Shown one piece after another: positions 56,583 through 64,000 of a stretch of 64,000 bases of DNA. Every line of letters begins with the position of its first letter. The stretch's first letter is position 1. A program made the position numbers and the translations under genes. Under the pieces are notes generated by a model. The model worked only from the letters and a program-made list of their open reading frames with translations, was not told where the DNA came from and ran no database searches. This stretch comes from Ferrovibrio sp. (GTDB taxonomy: Bacteria; Pseudomonadota; Alphaproteobacteria; Ferrovibrionales; Ferrovibrionaceae). The stretch covers positions 3,724-67,723 of the forward strand of contig NZ_JAYRJY010000003.1 of assembly GCF_041906005.1 (NCBI RefSeq), given 5' to 3'.

Positions 56583-57679
56583 GGCTGCACCGTCGCGACA
56601 TCGCATTTCAATACTTCGTCACCGCCTTTGCTCGACAGCCATAGGGCGCCACCCATTTCAACCGCGCTGGTGATTCCGTGCCGTCGGCCCGCGGCGCGGC
56701 TATGGAGGCTGCGGAGCGCTTCAAATTGCCTATCGAGTTCGACGACCAGTCCGTAGGAGCGCGTCGGCGCCCATGGCTTGAGGATGCCCATCTGCTTAAG
56801 CGCGCCGCCCTGCATCGGTTCCTGGAAAGAGATGCCACTGCGCAAGGCCGGGGCGATCCACAGCTCCGACGGCACTTCCGCCATCATGGCATTGCGATAT
56901 TTTCGTTCCCGCAGAACGAATTCGATCAGCTGGCTGCGCGGCGCAAAGACGGTAAGCCAGGCACCGCCACGACTGGAGGAAGAGATACGGGAGGGATAGC
57001 CCGGAAGATCGTCAAGCACGACCTCGGAGCGGCCGTTGGCGATATCGATGCGGAGGAGGCGCTTCCCCCAGCTTTCGCTGATCACAACATGTCGTCCGCC
57101 GGACTCGATAAAGATCCCATTTGGATAGGCCAGATTGCCGGCAACCTTCTTGGCATGGCCGGTCGCAAGATCAAAGCGCCAGAGCGAGCCAGACCGCCCG
57201 CCCATCAGCAGGTCACGCTGCCACGCGGCGATCGGATTTTCGGCAGAGCCGATACAGACCAGCAGGGTCAAGGGATCGAGGAACGCCAGGGCTGTGACAG
57301 AGGCCCGTGGCTGTTCGCCGGCCTTGCCGAGCACGCGCCCCACCGCGCCGCCGAAGAACCGGATCTCACCGCTGGCGGTCGCTACCGCCAAATGTTCGGC
57401 GCCGCCCGTGGCCATAGCCGTGACCGGTCCATCGAAACGTTGCAGGACCTCGGTTCGACCGGCGGCCGGATCGATCTTGAGCAATTCGGCGCCGCTGGAG
57501 CAGACAAGTGCGCCATCGTGGAACAACAGATTGTCCGGCTCGGTCAACATGGCGACGGATTGCGCTTCGTCGAGCAGATTGTTCGGTTTCAGCGCGCCGT
57601 CCATCGGCGGCACGGTCACCGAGGCATCGCCGCGCCCGAGGAAGCGATCAAGACAAGCGTTGAGAGCTTGGACGATCAT
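56579..57679 (-). CDS. Strictosidine-synthase/SMP-30-like beta-propeller, apparently degenerate metal site
   Basis: YPNGI, ISESWGKR and LDDLPGYPSRI; collinear with the C-terminal domain of 57676-59796. Confidence 0.75.
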   Translation of the reverse strand: MIVQALNACLDRFLGRGDASVTVPPMDGALKPNNLLDEAQSVAMLTEPDNLLFHDGALVCSSGAELLKIDPAAGRTEVLQRFDGPVTAMATGGAEHLAVATASGEIRFFGGAVGRVLGKAGEQPRASVTALAFLDPLTLLVCIGSAENPIAAWQRDLLMGGRSGSLWRFDLATGHAKKVAGNLAYPNGIFIESGGRHVVISESWGKRLLRIDIANGRSEVVLDDLPGYPSRISSSSRGGAWLTVFAPRSQLIEFVLRERKYRNAMMAEVPSELWIAPALRSGISFQEPMQGGALKQMGILKPWAPTRSYGLVVELDRQFEALRSLHSRAAGRRHGITSAVEMGGALWLSSKGGDEVLKCDVATVQP

Positions 57680-59796
57680 GGCTGCCCCCAATAGGTCTGC
57701 GGGCCGGTCCAGTTCGGATCGGCATCGGGCAGGCGATAGCGACCAATGCGATTGTTGGCGATACCACCCAGATAGAGCCAGCCGCGATGCTCGCGCATTG
57801 AGGTGATCATCGGATGATTGGCGCCGCCAATATCCCAGAGCGATTCAAGCACCTCGCCCTTGTCGTTGAAACGGACAACACAGCCGGTATTGAGGTTGGG
57901 ATAGAGCCATTCATCCGGCGCGATTCGGCGTGCCATGCGACGGCGGAAATCCGGCATGCGCAGGGCAACGTCCAGGGCCGGCGAGCGCATGCCGAGCAAG
58001 GCCAGCCAGTAGGTCCCGTCGGAGCCACGGTTGATGTTGTCCGGATAGCCCGGCAGATTGTCGAGCACTACTTCGACCTTGCCCGCTTTCGGCCCGTCAA
58101 ACCAGTAGCGGCTGACGCGGCAGGCCCAGCTCTCCGCAAACAGGATCGACTGCTTATCGTAGGACAGGCAAATGCCGTTGGGGAAGATCAGGCCACGGAG
58201 GACCGTCTTCGTCTGGCCGTTGCGCGGGTCATAGCAGATGATGCGACCATTGCCGCGGCTTTCCAGGGCATCGACCGGCCAGCTATGCATTTCATAGCGG
58301 ATAGTCGCTTCACTGAAGAAGATGCGGCCGTCCGGCGCGATGTCGAGATCGTCAGCGAGCCGCAGCCGTGAATCGTCGATGATGGAAAGGAGCGAGCGGT
58401 TCGTCTCGTCCGTGACCTTGCTGACCGTCCGGTCACGCGCCACCTTGTAGAGACCCATTCCGCCCACACAAACGAGCAGATTCTGATCGCGATCGATCGA
58501 CATGCCGAGTGGCTGGCCGCCGATATGCGCATAGATTTCATGCTTCTCATAGGTCGGCGCAAAGAAGCGGACTATGTCACCATGCCGGGTGCCGCAATAG
58601 AGATTGTCATCGGCGTCGAGGATCACATCCTCCGGCGCCTCGACCTGGCCCAAGCCGATGATTTCGACCTGACGCAGCCGGTCATTGACTGCAAAGGGCG
58701 ATCCCGACCCGGGCACGGTGGAGGCCGGCTTGGGCAATTCGATATAGGCCGGCGAGACATAGACCTTGGACAGGATCTTGTCGCGATTCTTCAGCCACCT
58801 CACATCAACAAAGACGGCGAAGATCAGCGTCAGCCCCAGGACCATCGGGCCTGAGCCGCTGTTGAGGCCGAGCCTGATCACGCCATTGGTCATCAGCAGG
58901 ACCGTAACGGCGCCGATCATCGCCTTGGCAATCGACCCACGACCGCCGCCCAGGCTGTTACCGCCCAGAACCACGGCCGTGAGTGCCGCGATTTCAAGAC
59001 CCATGCCGGTATCTGTGCCCGCGCCGCCCAGGCGTGCTGCATAGAGGAGGCCACCGAGGCCGCACAGCATGCCGGATATCACATAAGTGGCGCAGACGGT
59101 GCGACGCACCGAGATACCGATATTGTGCGCCGAGCGCCGCGACCCGCCGATGGCCATGGCGCGCCAGCCGGGCCGGCTGCGCGTGAGCAGGATATGGCCG
59201 ATGAGGGTCAGGACGACGAGGACGATGAAGCTGAATGGGAAGCCAAGGATGCTGCCCATCCCCATGTAATCCCAGGTATCGGACTGGACGAAGGCCACGG
59301 ACATGTCCTGGGCATAGCGCAGCAGCAGCATGTCGACGATGGCGCGGACGATGATGAGCGTCACCAGAGTCGTCAGAAACGCACGCAGGCGCAGATAGCC
59401 GACCAGGATGCCGTTGACCAGCCCGACCGTGCCGCAGATGAGGATGACGACGGGGATGACAAATCCGATCGGCCAGCCAGCCAGATTGAGCAAGGCCAGA
59501 GCCACGAAATTTCCCAGCGCGAAATTCGAACCGACGCTGAGGTCGATACCGCCGCCGATCAGGACCGTCATCATGGCGAGGCAGACCAGGGCGAATTCGC
59601 CGAGCTGGCGCGCATTGATCGCGAGATTGCCGGCCGTGAAGAAATTGGGAATGAGACTGCCGAAGACGGCGATCACCAGCAGGAGAACCATGAATGGAAT
59701 CGCGTTATCGATCCATTTCTTCGACAGAATTTCACCGATGATATGGTCCGGGATCAGGCGATAGCGCCATTTCACCAGACTGCTGGAAGCGGCCAA
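57676..59796 (-). CDS. Fusion: RbsC-type ABC permease plus SMP-30/gluconolactonase/strictosidine-synthase domain
   Basis: About 335 aa of permease (GIDLSVG, MAIGGS, AVVLGG), then EAPEDV, ADDLD, FPNG and LPGYPDNI in a single frame. Confidence 0.9.
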   Translation of the reverse strand: MAASSSLVKWRYRLIPDHIIGEILSKKWIDNAIPFMVLLLVIAVFGSLIPNFFTAGNLAINARQLGEFALVCLAMMTVLIGGGIDLSVGSNFALGNFVALALLNLAGWPIGFVIPVVILICGTVGLVNGILVGYLRLRAFLTTLVTLIIVRAIVDMLLLRYAQDMSVAFVQSDTWDYMGMGSILGFPFSFIVLVVLTLIGHILLTRSRPGWRAMAIGGSRRSAHNIGISVRRTVCATYVISGMLCGLGGLLYAARLGGAGTDTGMGLEIAALTAVVLGGNSLGGGRGSIAKAMIGAVTVLLMTNGVIRLGLNSGSGPMVLGLTLIFAVFVDVRWLKNRDKILSKVYVSPAYIELPKPASTVPGSGSPFAVNDRLRQVEIIGLGQVEAPEDVILDADDNLYCGTRHGDIVRFFAPTYEKHEIYAHIGGQPLGMSIDRDQNLLVCVGGMGLYKVARDRTVSKVTDETNRSLLSIIDDSRLRLADDLDIAPDGRIFFSEATIRYEMHSWPVDALESRGNGRIICYDPRNGQTKTVLRGLIFPNGICLSYDKQSILFAESWACRVSRYWFDGPKAGKVEVVLDNLPGYPDNINRGSDGTYWLALLGMRSPALDVALRMPDFRRRMARRIAPDEWLYPNLNTGCVVRFNDKGEVLESLWDIGGANHPMITSMREHRGWLYLGGIANNRIGRYRLPDADPNWTGPQTYWGQP

Positions 59797-59847
59797 AGCG
59801 GACTTTCCCTTATTCTTCTAACGGTACCAAGGCGGGATAGAAAAGAG

Positions 59848-59872
59848 GGGCGGCCGCCAGAGACGGCCGCCC
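59848..59872 (-). terminator. Hairpin/terminator after the SBP gene
   Basis: GGGCGGCCG / CGGCCGCCC stem followed by CTCTTTTCT on the minus strand. Confidence 0.7.
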
Positions 59873-59881
59873 GCAGGACAG

Positions 59882-60907
59882 TTAGCGCAGGAGCTTGGCA
59901 TACTGTTCGGGATCCCAGCAGGTGCCGGGCTTCACGTCATCCTTGGTCATCAGACGCGTCGGCGAATAGATCTGGGCCTTGAAGGCGCCCGGCTCCTGCT
60001 TGGCCTGCAGCAGGGTGCTGATCGCCGTGAAGATGTCGCGACCCATGCCTTCGGCATTGTAGTTGATCGCCGCGGAATAGGTGCCATCCGCCAGGCCGTC
60101 GCACATGCTCTGCGCACCGCCGCCCGAGGTCAGGAAATAGACCTGGCCTTGCTTGCCGGCCTGCTTGATCGCGGCGCCCGTGCCGATGCCCTGTCCGTCC
60201 CAGACGTCGATGACGCCGCAGAGATCCGGATGCTGCTGCAGTACGGTTTCGGTGATGGCGCGCGCCTTGCTGGCATCCCAATCAGCTGCCTGGCTGGAGA
60301 CGACTTCAATCTCCGGATGATCCTTGAGCACATTCATGATGCCCTGCACCTGGTAATAGCTGACGCCGCCGGTGAGGACGCCCTGCACGATGGAAATCTT
60401 GCCCGACTTGCCGCTGTCCTTGCCGCAGGCCTTGATCATCAGATTCGCTTCCTGCTCGCCCATGGCAATAAAGTCGGGACCGACAAAGGCGTCGGTCTGC
60501 ACCGCACCCTGCATGTTCACCTGAATGACGTAGATGCCTTCGGCATTGGCCTGTTTCAGGAGGCGCGCCAGCGATTGCAGATCGGGATTCTGGGTGACGA
60601 TGACGTCGGGATGATCGGCGATCAGCGAGGTGAATGCCTGCGCCATCGCATCCGTGTTCCAGTTGGGATCCTGCACCGAGAAGTTCATGCCGTGCCGGTC
60701 GGCGCCGAGCTTGGTGACGCCGCCCCAGGCCTGCGCAAGATCGAAACCGGCCGAGATCGGCAGATAGGCGATCGTCTTGCCCTTCAGCGCATCCAGCGCC
60801 GGCTGGCGGAACGGATCATTCATATCGTCCGCCATGGCGGCGGCGGAACCGAGGAATGACGCGAACAAGGCCGTGGTGACAAAGCGCGCGAACTTGAAGC
60901 TACCCAT
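59882..60907 (-). CDS. RbsB-type ABC substrate-binding protein
   Basis: Signal peptide ending AMA; periplasmic binding protein type 1 pattern; start ATG 60907 with SD GGGAGG. Confidence 0.88.
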   Translation of the reverse strand: MGSFKFARFVTTALFASFLGSAAAMADDMNDPFRQPALDALKGKTIAYLPISAGFDLAQAWGGVTKLGADRHGMNFSVQDPNWNTDAMAQAFTSLIADHPDVIVTQNPDLQSLARLLKQANAEGIYVIQVNMQGAVQTDAFVGPDFIAMGEQEANLMIKACGKDSGKSGKISIVQGVLTGGVSYYQVQGIMNVLKDHPEIEVVSSQAADWDASKARAITETVLQQHPDLCGVIDVWDGQGIGTGAAIKQAGKQGQVYFLTSGGGAQSMCDGLADGTYSAAINYNAEGMGRDIFTAISTLLQAKQEPGAFKAQIYSPTRLMTKDDVKPGTCWDPEQYAKLLR

Positions 60908-60959
60908 TGCAACCTCCCAGTTGTTGATCGCCGGCTTATGCCGCGATCGAGATTTGGGG

Positions 60960-61961
60960 CTAGATATCCCCTTGTTGTCCTGTCTGCTCGTCACGCGGAT
61001 TGACGACACTGTCGGTTATGATGGCGAGCAGCAGGATGAGACTCTTGATGACGTTTTGAACGGTGTATTGAATGTCCATGATCGTCATGCCATTGAGCAG
61101 CGTGCCGATGAGCAGCGTGCCGACGATGACGTTGCGAACCCCGCCCTTGCCGCCGCTGAGGCCGACGCCGCCCAGCACGACCACCAGGATGACGTCATAG
61201 ATCATGTTGGAATTGACGATGCGCGTGTTCATCGCCTCGACCGAAGTCGCGGTGATGATGCCGGCAAGATAGGCGATGCCGCCGGCCAGCACATATTGGA
61301 AGACGAGCATGGGTCGGACCGCGATGCCGCCGATCCGGGCTGCCGCGAAATTGTCGCCCATCGCATAGATGAAGCGGCCGTGCTTCGTATAGCGCAGGAA
61401 TCCGAAGGCAATGAGCGCCGTGGCTGCAGCAACGATGATCGGCATGGGGATGCTGAACAGCCCGCCCTGCCCAACGGCAGCGATCCAGCCGATATCGCGC
61501 GGCATGTAGACGACGTCGGTGCCGGTGATGAGATGGGCACGGCCGAAGCCATAGATGAAAGTCGCCATCGCCAGGGTGGCGAAGAGCGCCGGAATCTCGG
61601 CATAAGCCACCAGAATGCCGCTCGCCAACCCCATGCCGACGGCAAAGGCAAGACCGATGGCCATGGCGGGGCCAAGCGCCATGCCGGTATTGATCAGCTG
61701 GAACGTCCAGGCGACCGAGATCGCCATGTTTGCCACCAAGGAAAGGTCGATGCCGCGCCCCAGCACGACGATAACCATGGCCAGCCCAAGCACACCCAGC
61801 ACGGCGACGCTGCGCAGCAGCGAGACGATGTTCTCCGGCGTCAGAAATCGATCGAGACTGAGGGAAAAGGTCACGAAAAGGATGATCGCCAGACTGAAGA
61901 CGATCCGTTCCTGGTTGAATTTCCTGAGGCTGCCGCGGAGGTTCATTACGATCGCTTTCAC
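60960..61961 (-). CDS. RbsC-type ABC permease
   Basis: GRGIDLS, YAMGDN and VVVLGGVGLSGGKG; start GTG 61961 or ATG 61946. Confidence 0.9.
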   Translation of the reverse strand: MKAIVMNLRGSLRKFNQERIVFSLAIILFVTFSLSLDRFLTPENIVSLLRSVAVLGVLGLAMVIVVLGRGIDLSLVANMAISVAWTFQLINTGMALGPAMAIGLAFAVGMGLASGILVAYAEIPALFATLAMATFIYGFGRAHLITGTDVVYMPRDIGWIAAVGQGGLFSIPMPIIVAAATALIAFGFLRYTKHGRFIYAMGDNFAAARIGGIAVRPMLVFQYVLAGGIAYLAGIITATSVEAMNTRIVNSNMIYDVILVVVLGGVGLSGGKGGVRNVIVGTLLIGTLLNGMTIMDIQYTVQNVIKSLILLLAIITDSVVNPRDEQTGQQGDI

Positions 61962-61976
61962 TTGGCCGTCAGGCGC

Positions 61977-63059
61977 TCAGAAGGGTGCCGATGCAAGCAC
62001 AAGGCGCCCTTTGACATCTCCCCGGCGAACACGATCAATGGCGTCATTGGCAAGCGCCCGATCGACCCGTTCGACCGGCAGCGGTTCTAGTCCGCCGGTC
62101 TTGGCCAGTTCGACCAGTTCACGCAATTCCTGCAGGCTACCGACGTAACTGCCGCGGATCGATTGAGCCTTCAACGGCAGCATCGGCAAGGACAAGGTGA
62201 TATCACCGCCATAGAGGCCGACCAGAACCAGCGTTCCGCCCTTGTTGAGGACGTCGACGCCGACCCGCGCGGTATCCGTGCTGTTGACGAAATCGATGAC
62301 GCCCATGACTGAACCGCCGGCTGCCTTGATGACATCGGCCGTGATATCCGTACCCTTGCCGCCGACGGCAGCGCTGGCCCCGGCCTGCAAGGCAATCTGC
62401 TGCTTGGCCTTGTCCTGATCGACCACGATGATGGCCTTATGCTTCAACGCCTTCAGAATCTTGATGGCGGCAATGCCGAGCCCGCCGCCGCCGATGAGGA
62501 CGATCGGTTCGTCGGCCTCCAGCGGCATAACCTTGGCGATGGCGGAATAGGCGGTGACGCCGGAACAGGCGTAGGTCGCGGCCACGGCCGGGTCCACGCC
62601 GCCGAGATCGACCAGGAATTCGCTGCTCGGCACCATCACATGAGTTCCGTAGCCGCCGGCACGAAAGACGCCGATCGTGCGGGGTGTCAGGCAGATATGG
62701 CCATTGCCACTGCTGCAACGCTTGCAGGCACCGCAACCGATCCAAGGATAGACGATACGCTGGTCGCCGACGGCGACACCCTTGGCATCCGGCCCCAGCT
62801 TGGCGACGCGGCCGACGGTCTCATGCCCCAGAACCAGCGGCAACTTCACGCCGCGATCTTCCAGTGATAGACGCTTGCCACCACCCAGATTGTAGTAGCC
62901 ATCCTGGAAATAGAGGTCCGAATGGCACACGCCGCAATGCGTCACCTCGACCAGGATTTCGCTGCCCTGCGGTTCAGGCGTGGGCGCACTGATCTCTTTG
63001 AGCGGCGCACCAATCTCGACGACGGCCCAACCCTGCATTCTCTTGAACTCCCCTGACAT
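61977..63059 (-). CDS. Zn-dependent alcohol dehydrogenase
   Basis: CGVCHSD, GHE, full structural-Zn motif CGACKRCSSGNGHIC and IGGGGLG; start ATG 63059. Confidence 0.92.
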   Translation of the reverse strand: MSGEFKRMQGWAVVEIGAPLKEISAPTPEPQGSEILVEVTHCGVCHSDLYFQDGYYNLGGGKRLSLEDRGVKLPLVLGHETVGRVAKLGPDAKGVAVGDQRIVYPWIGCGACKRCSSGNGHICLTPRTIGVFRAGGYGTHVMVPSSEFLVDLGGVDPAVAATYACSGVTAYSAIAKVMPLEADEPIVLIGGGGLGIAAIKILKALKHKAIIVVDQDKAKQQIALQAGASAAVGGKGTDITADVIKAAGGSVMGVIDFVNSTDTARVGVDVLNKGGTLVLVGLYGGDITLSLPMLPLKAQSIRGSYVGSLQELRELVELAKTGGLEPLPVERVDRALANDAIDRVRRGDVKGRLVLASAPF

Positions 63060-63143
63060 CGCCGTCCTTTTGGACTGACTTTTTGTTGCCGGCACGATAA
63101 CACCGGGCCGGAATAGGAAAATGAACAGATTTGTTCTAAGGCA

Positions 63144-63160
63144 CATAAGCCAAAATTATG
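63144..63160. promoter_or_regulatory. LysR recognition box upstream of the ADH-ABC operon
   Basis: CATAA-N7-TTATG inverted repeat containing T-N11-A; a second palindrome GAACA-N4-TGTTC lies at 63123-63136. Confidence 0.55.
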
Positions 63161-63239
63161 GCTCTATGTGCAGGCGGGACGGCCGCAGACATGGTGGCGT
63201 ACTGATGGTTGCGCCGGCGCCACTATCCGCACATCTAAA

Positions 63240-64000
63240 TCACAGATAGAGCGAGGGCCGATTACTCTCGTCGGCAAGATTGGCGGCCCAGGCACCGTCC
63301 TGCACCAATTGACGCAATGTTTCCCAGGCAAGCTGCCCGATGGCGCGGACGGCCGCCGGTAAAGGTCGCTCAGTCGAATAAGCAAGAAACACCTTGCGTG
63401 TCAGCGGCGGTGCCGTCAGCGGCCAGCTGTTGAACATGCCTGCCTTCACTTCGCGCGCGATGGCCGTGCGCGGCAGGATGCCGAAGCCGCGGCCCCGCTG
63501 CACCAATTGCTTGATCTGCCCATAGGAATCGATCTCGATCGCCGGCCAGATCGGCGCATTGATGGAAAGGGCAGCCTCTTCAATGAGATCACGCAGGCCG
63601 TGCGCCGGGCCGGGAAGGATGAGATCTAGGTTTGCGGCTTCGGCCAATGTCACCGGATTGCCGGTCGCGACCTGACAAGTCTCAAGCTCGGTCGAGCCGA
63701 AAAGGCATAGTTCCTCGGTCAAGGCATGATGAATGGCAAGGCCGCCCGGGTTCGATGTGCTGTAGATCATGGCGAGATCGACCTCACCGCGCCGCAGCCA
63801 GTCCAGGATATACCCGCTCATCGCCTCGGCGATGCGGATACGCACGGTCGGATAGCGCGCCTGGGCGGCTTCGATCAGCGGCACGCTGAGCAACTCGCTG
63901 ACTGTGCCGGGTATGCCGAAGCAGACTTCGCCGACGGGAGCGCTTTTCTCGCCGCGCACCGTATCGCGCAGTTCACCGAATTCGGTGAGGATCGCCTTGG
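63240..64000 (-). CDS. LysR family regulator, 5' end outside the window
   Basis: Substrate-binding domain pattern (GEVDLAM, LILP, IEIDS, GFGILP); the HTH lies beyond 64000. Confidence 0.85.
   Translation of the reverse strand, partial: KAILTEFGELRDTVRGEKSAPVGEVCFGIPGTVSELLSVPLIEAAQARYPTVRIRIAEAMSGYILDWLRRGEVDLAMIYSTSNPGGLAIHHALTEELCLFGSTELETCQVATGNPVTLAEAANLDLILPGPAHGLRDLIEEAALSINAPIWPAIEIDSYGQIKQLVQRGRGFGILPRTAIAREVKAGMFNSWPLTAPPLTRKVFLAYSTERPLPAAVRAIGQLAWETLRQLVQDGAWAANLADESNRPSLYL

Noticed and set aside
1-64000. CRISPR arrays, cas genes, tRNA/rRNA, prophage, IS elements, defence systems
   Set aside because: No regularly spaced repeats or diagnostic proteins seen; nearly all sequence is explained by metabolic, transport and regulatory genes.

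Overview
High-GC alphaproteobacterial-type chromosomal segment made almost entirely of catabolic gene clusters. I saw no rRNA, tRNA, CRISPR array or transposase. The main feature is an 18.5-kb super-locus (3847-22339). It encodes a bacterial microcompartment whose core resembles the RMM/aminoacetone-utilisation type: APH-family kinase, class-III PLP enzyme, acylating aldehyde dehydrogenase with an encapsulation peptide, and BMC-T/BMC-P/BMC-H/BMC-T shell genes. It also encodes an aminopropanol-dehydrogenase-like SDR, a polyamine-type ABC importer, two amide hydrolases, and an alpha-beta-fused B12-dependent diol dehydratase with apparently altered substrate-pocket residues (Asp at the S301 position, Ala at Q336). 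Two paralogous AraC activators are present, and the three operons share one promoter motif, GCTGTCAA-N15-KGTCAAG-N20/21-(-10 hexamer), which suggests a single regulon for amino-alcohol/amino-diol catabolism. The rest of the window holds: a GntR-linked hydrolase/FAH operon; denD/otnI-like genes; a DddQ-like cupin; a sigma54-controlled ADH-ABC operon; a DeoR sugar/polyol cluster with BtpA/SgcQ; a two-ArsR arsenic island (arsV/arsK-like plus arsC-acr3) with four matching operators; an itaconate/methylsuccinate-like CoA pathway; and an ABC system with a permease-lactonase (beta-propeller) fusion. All family assignments come from motif recognition by eye; no database searches were run.
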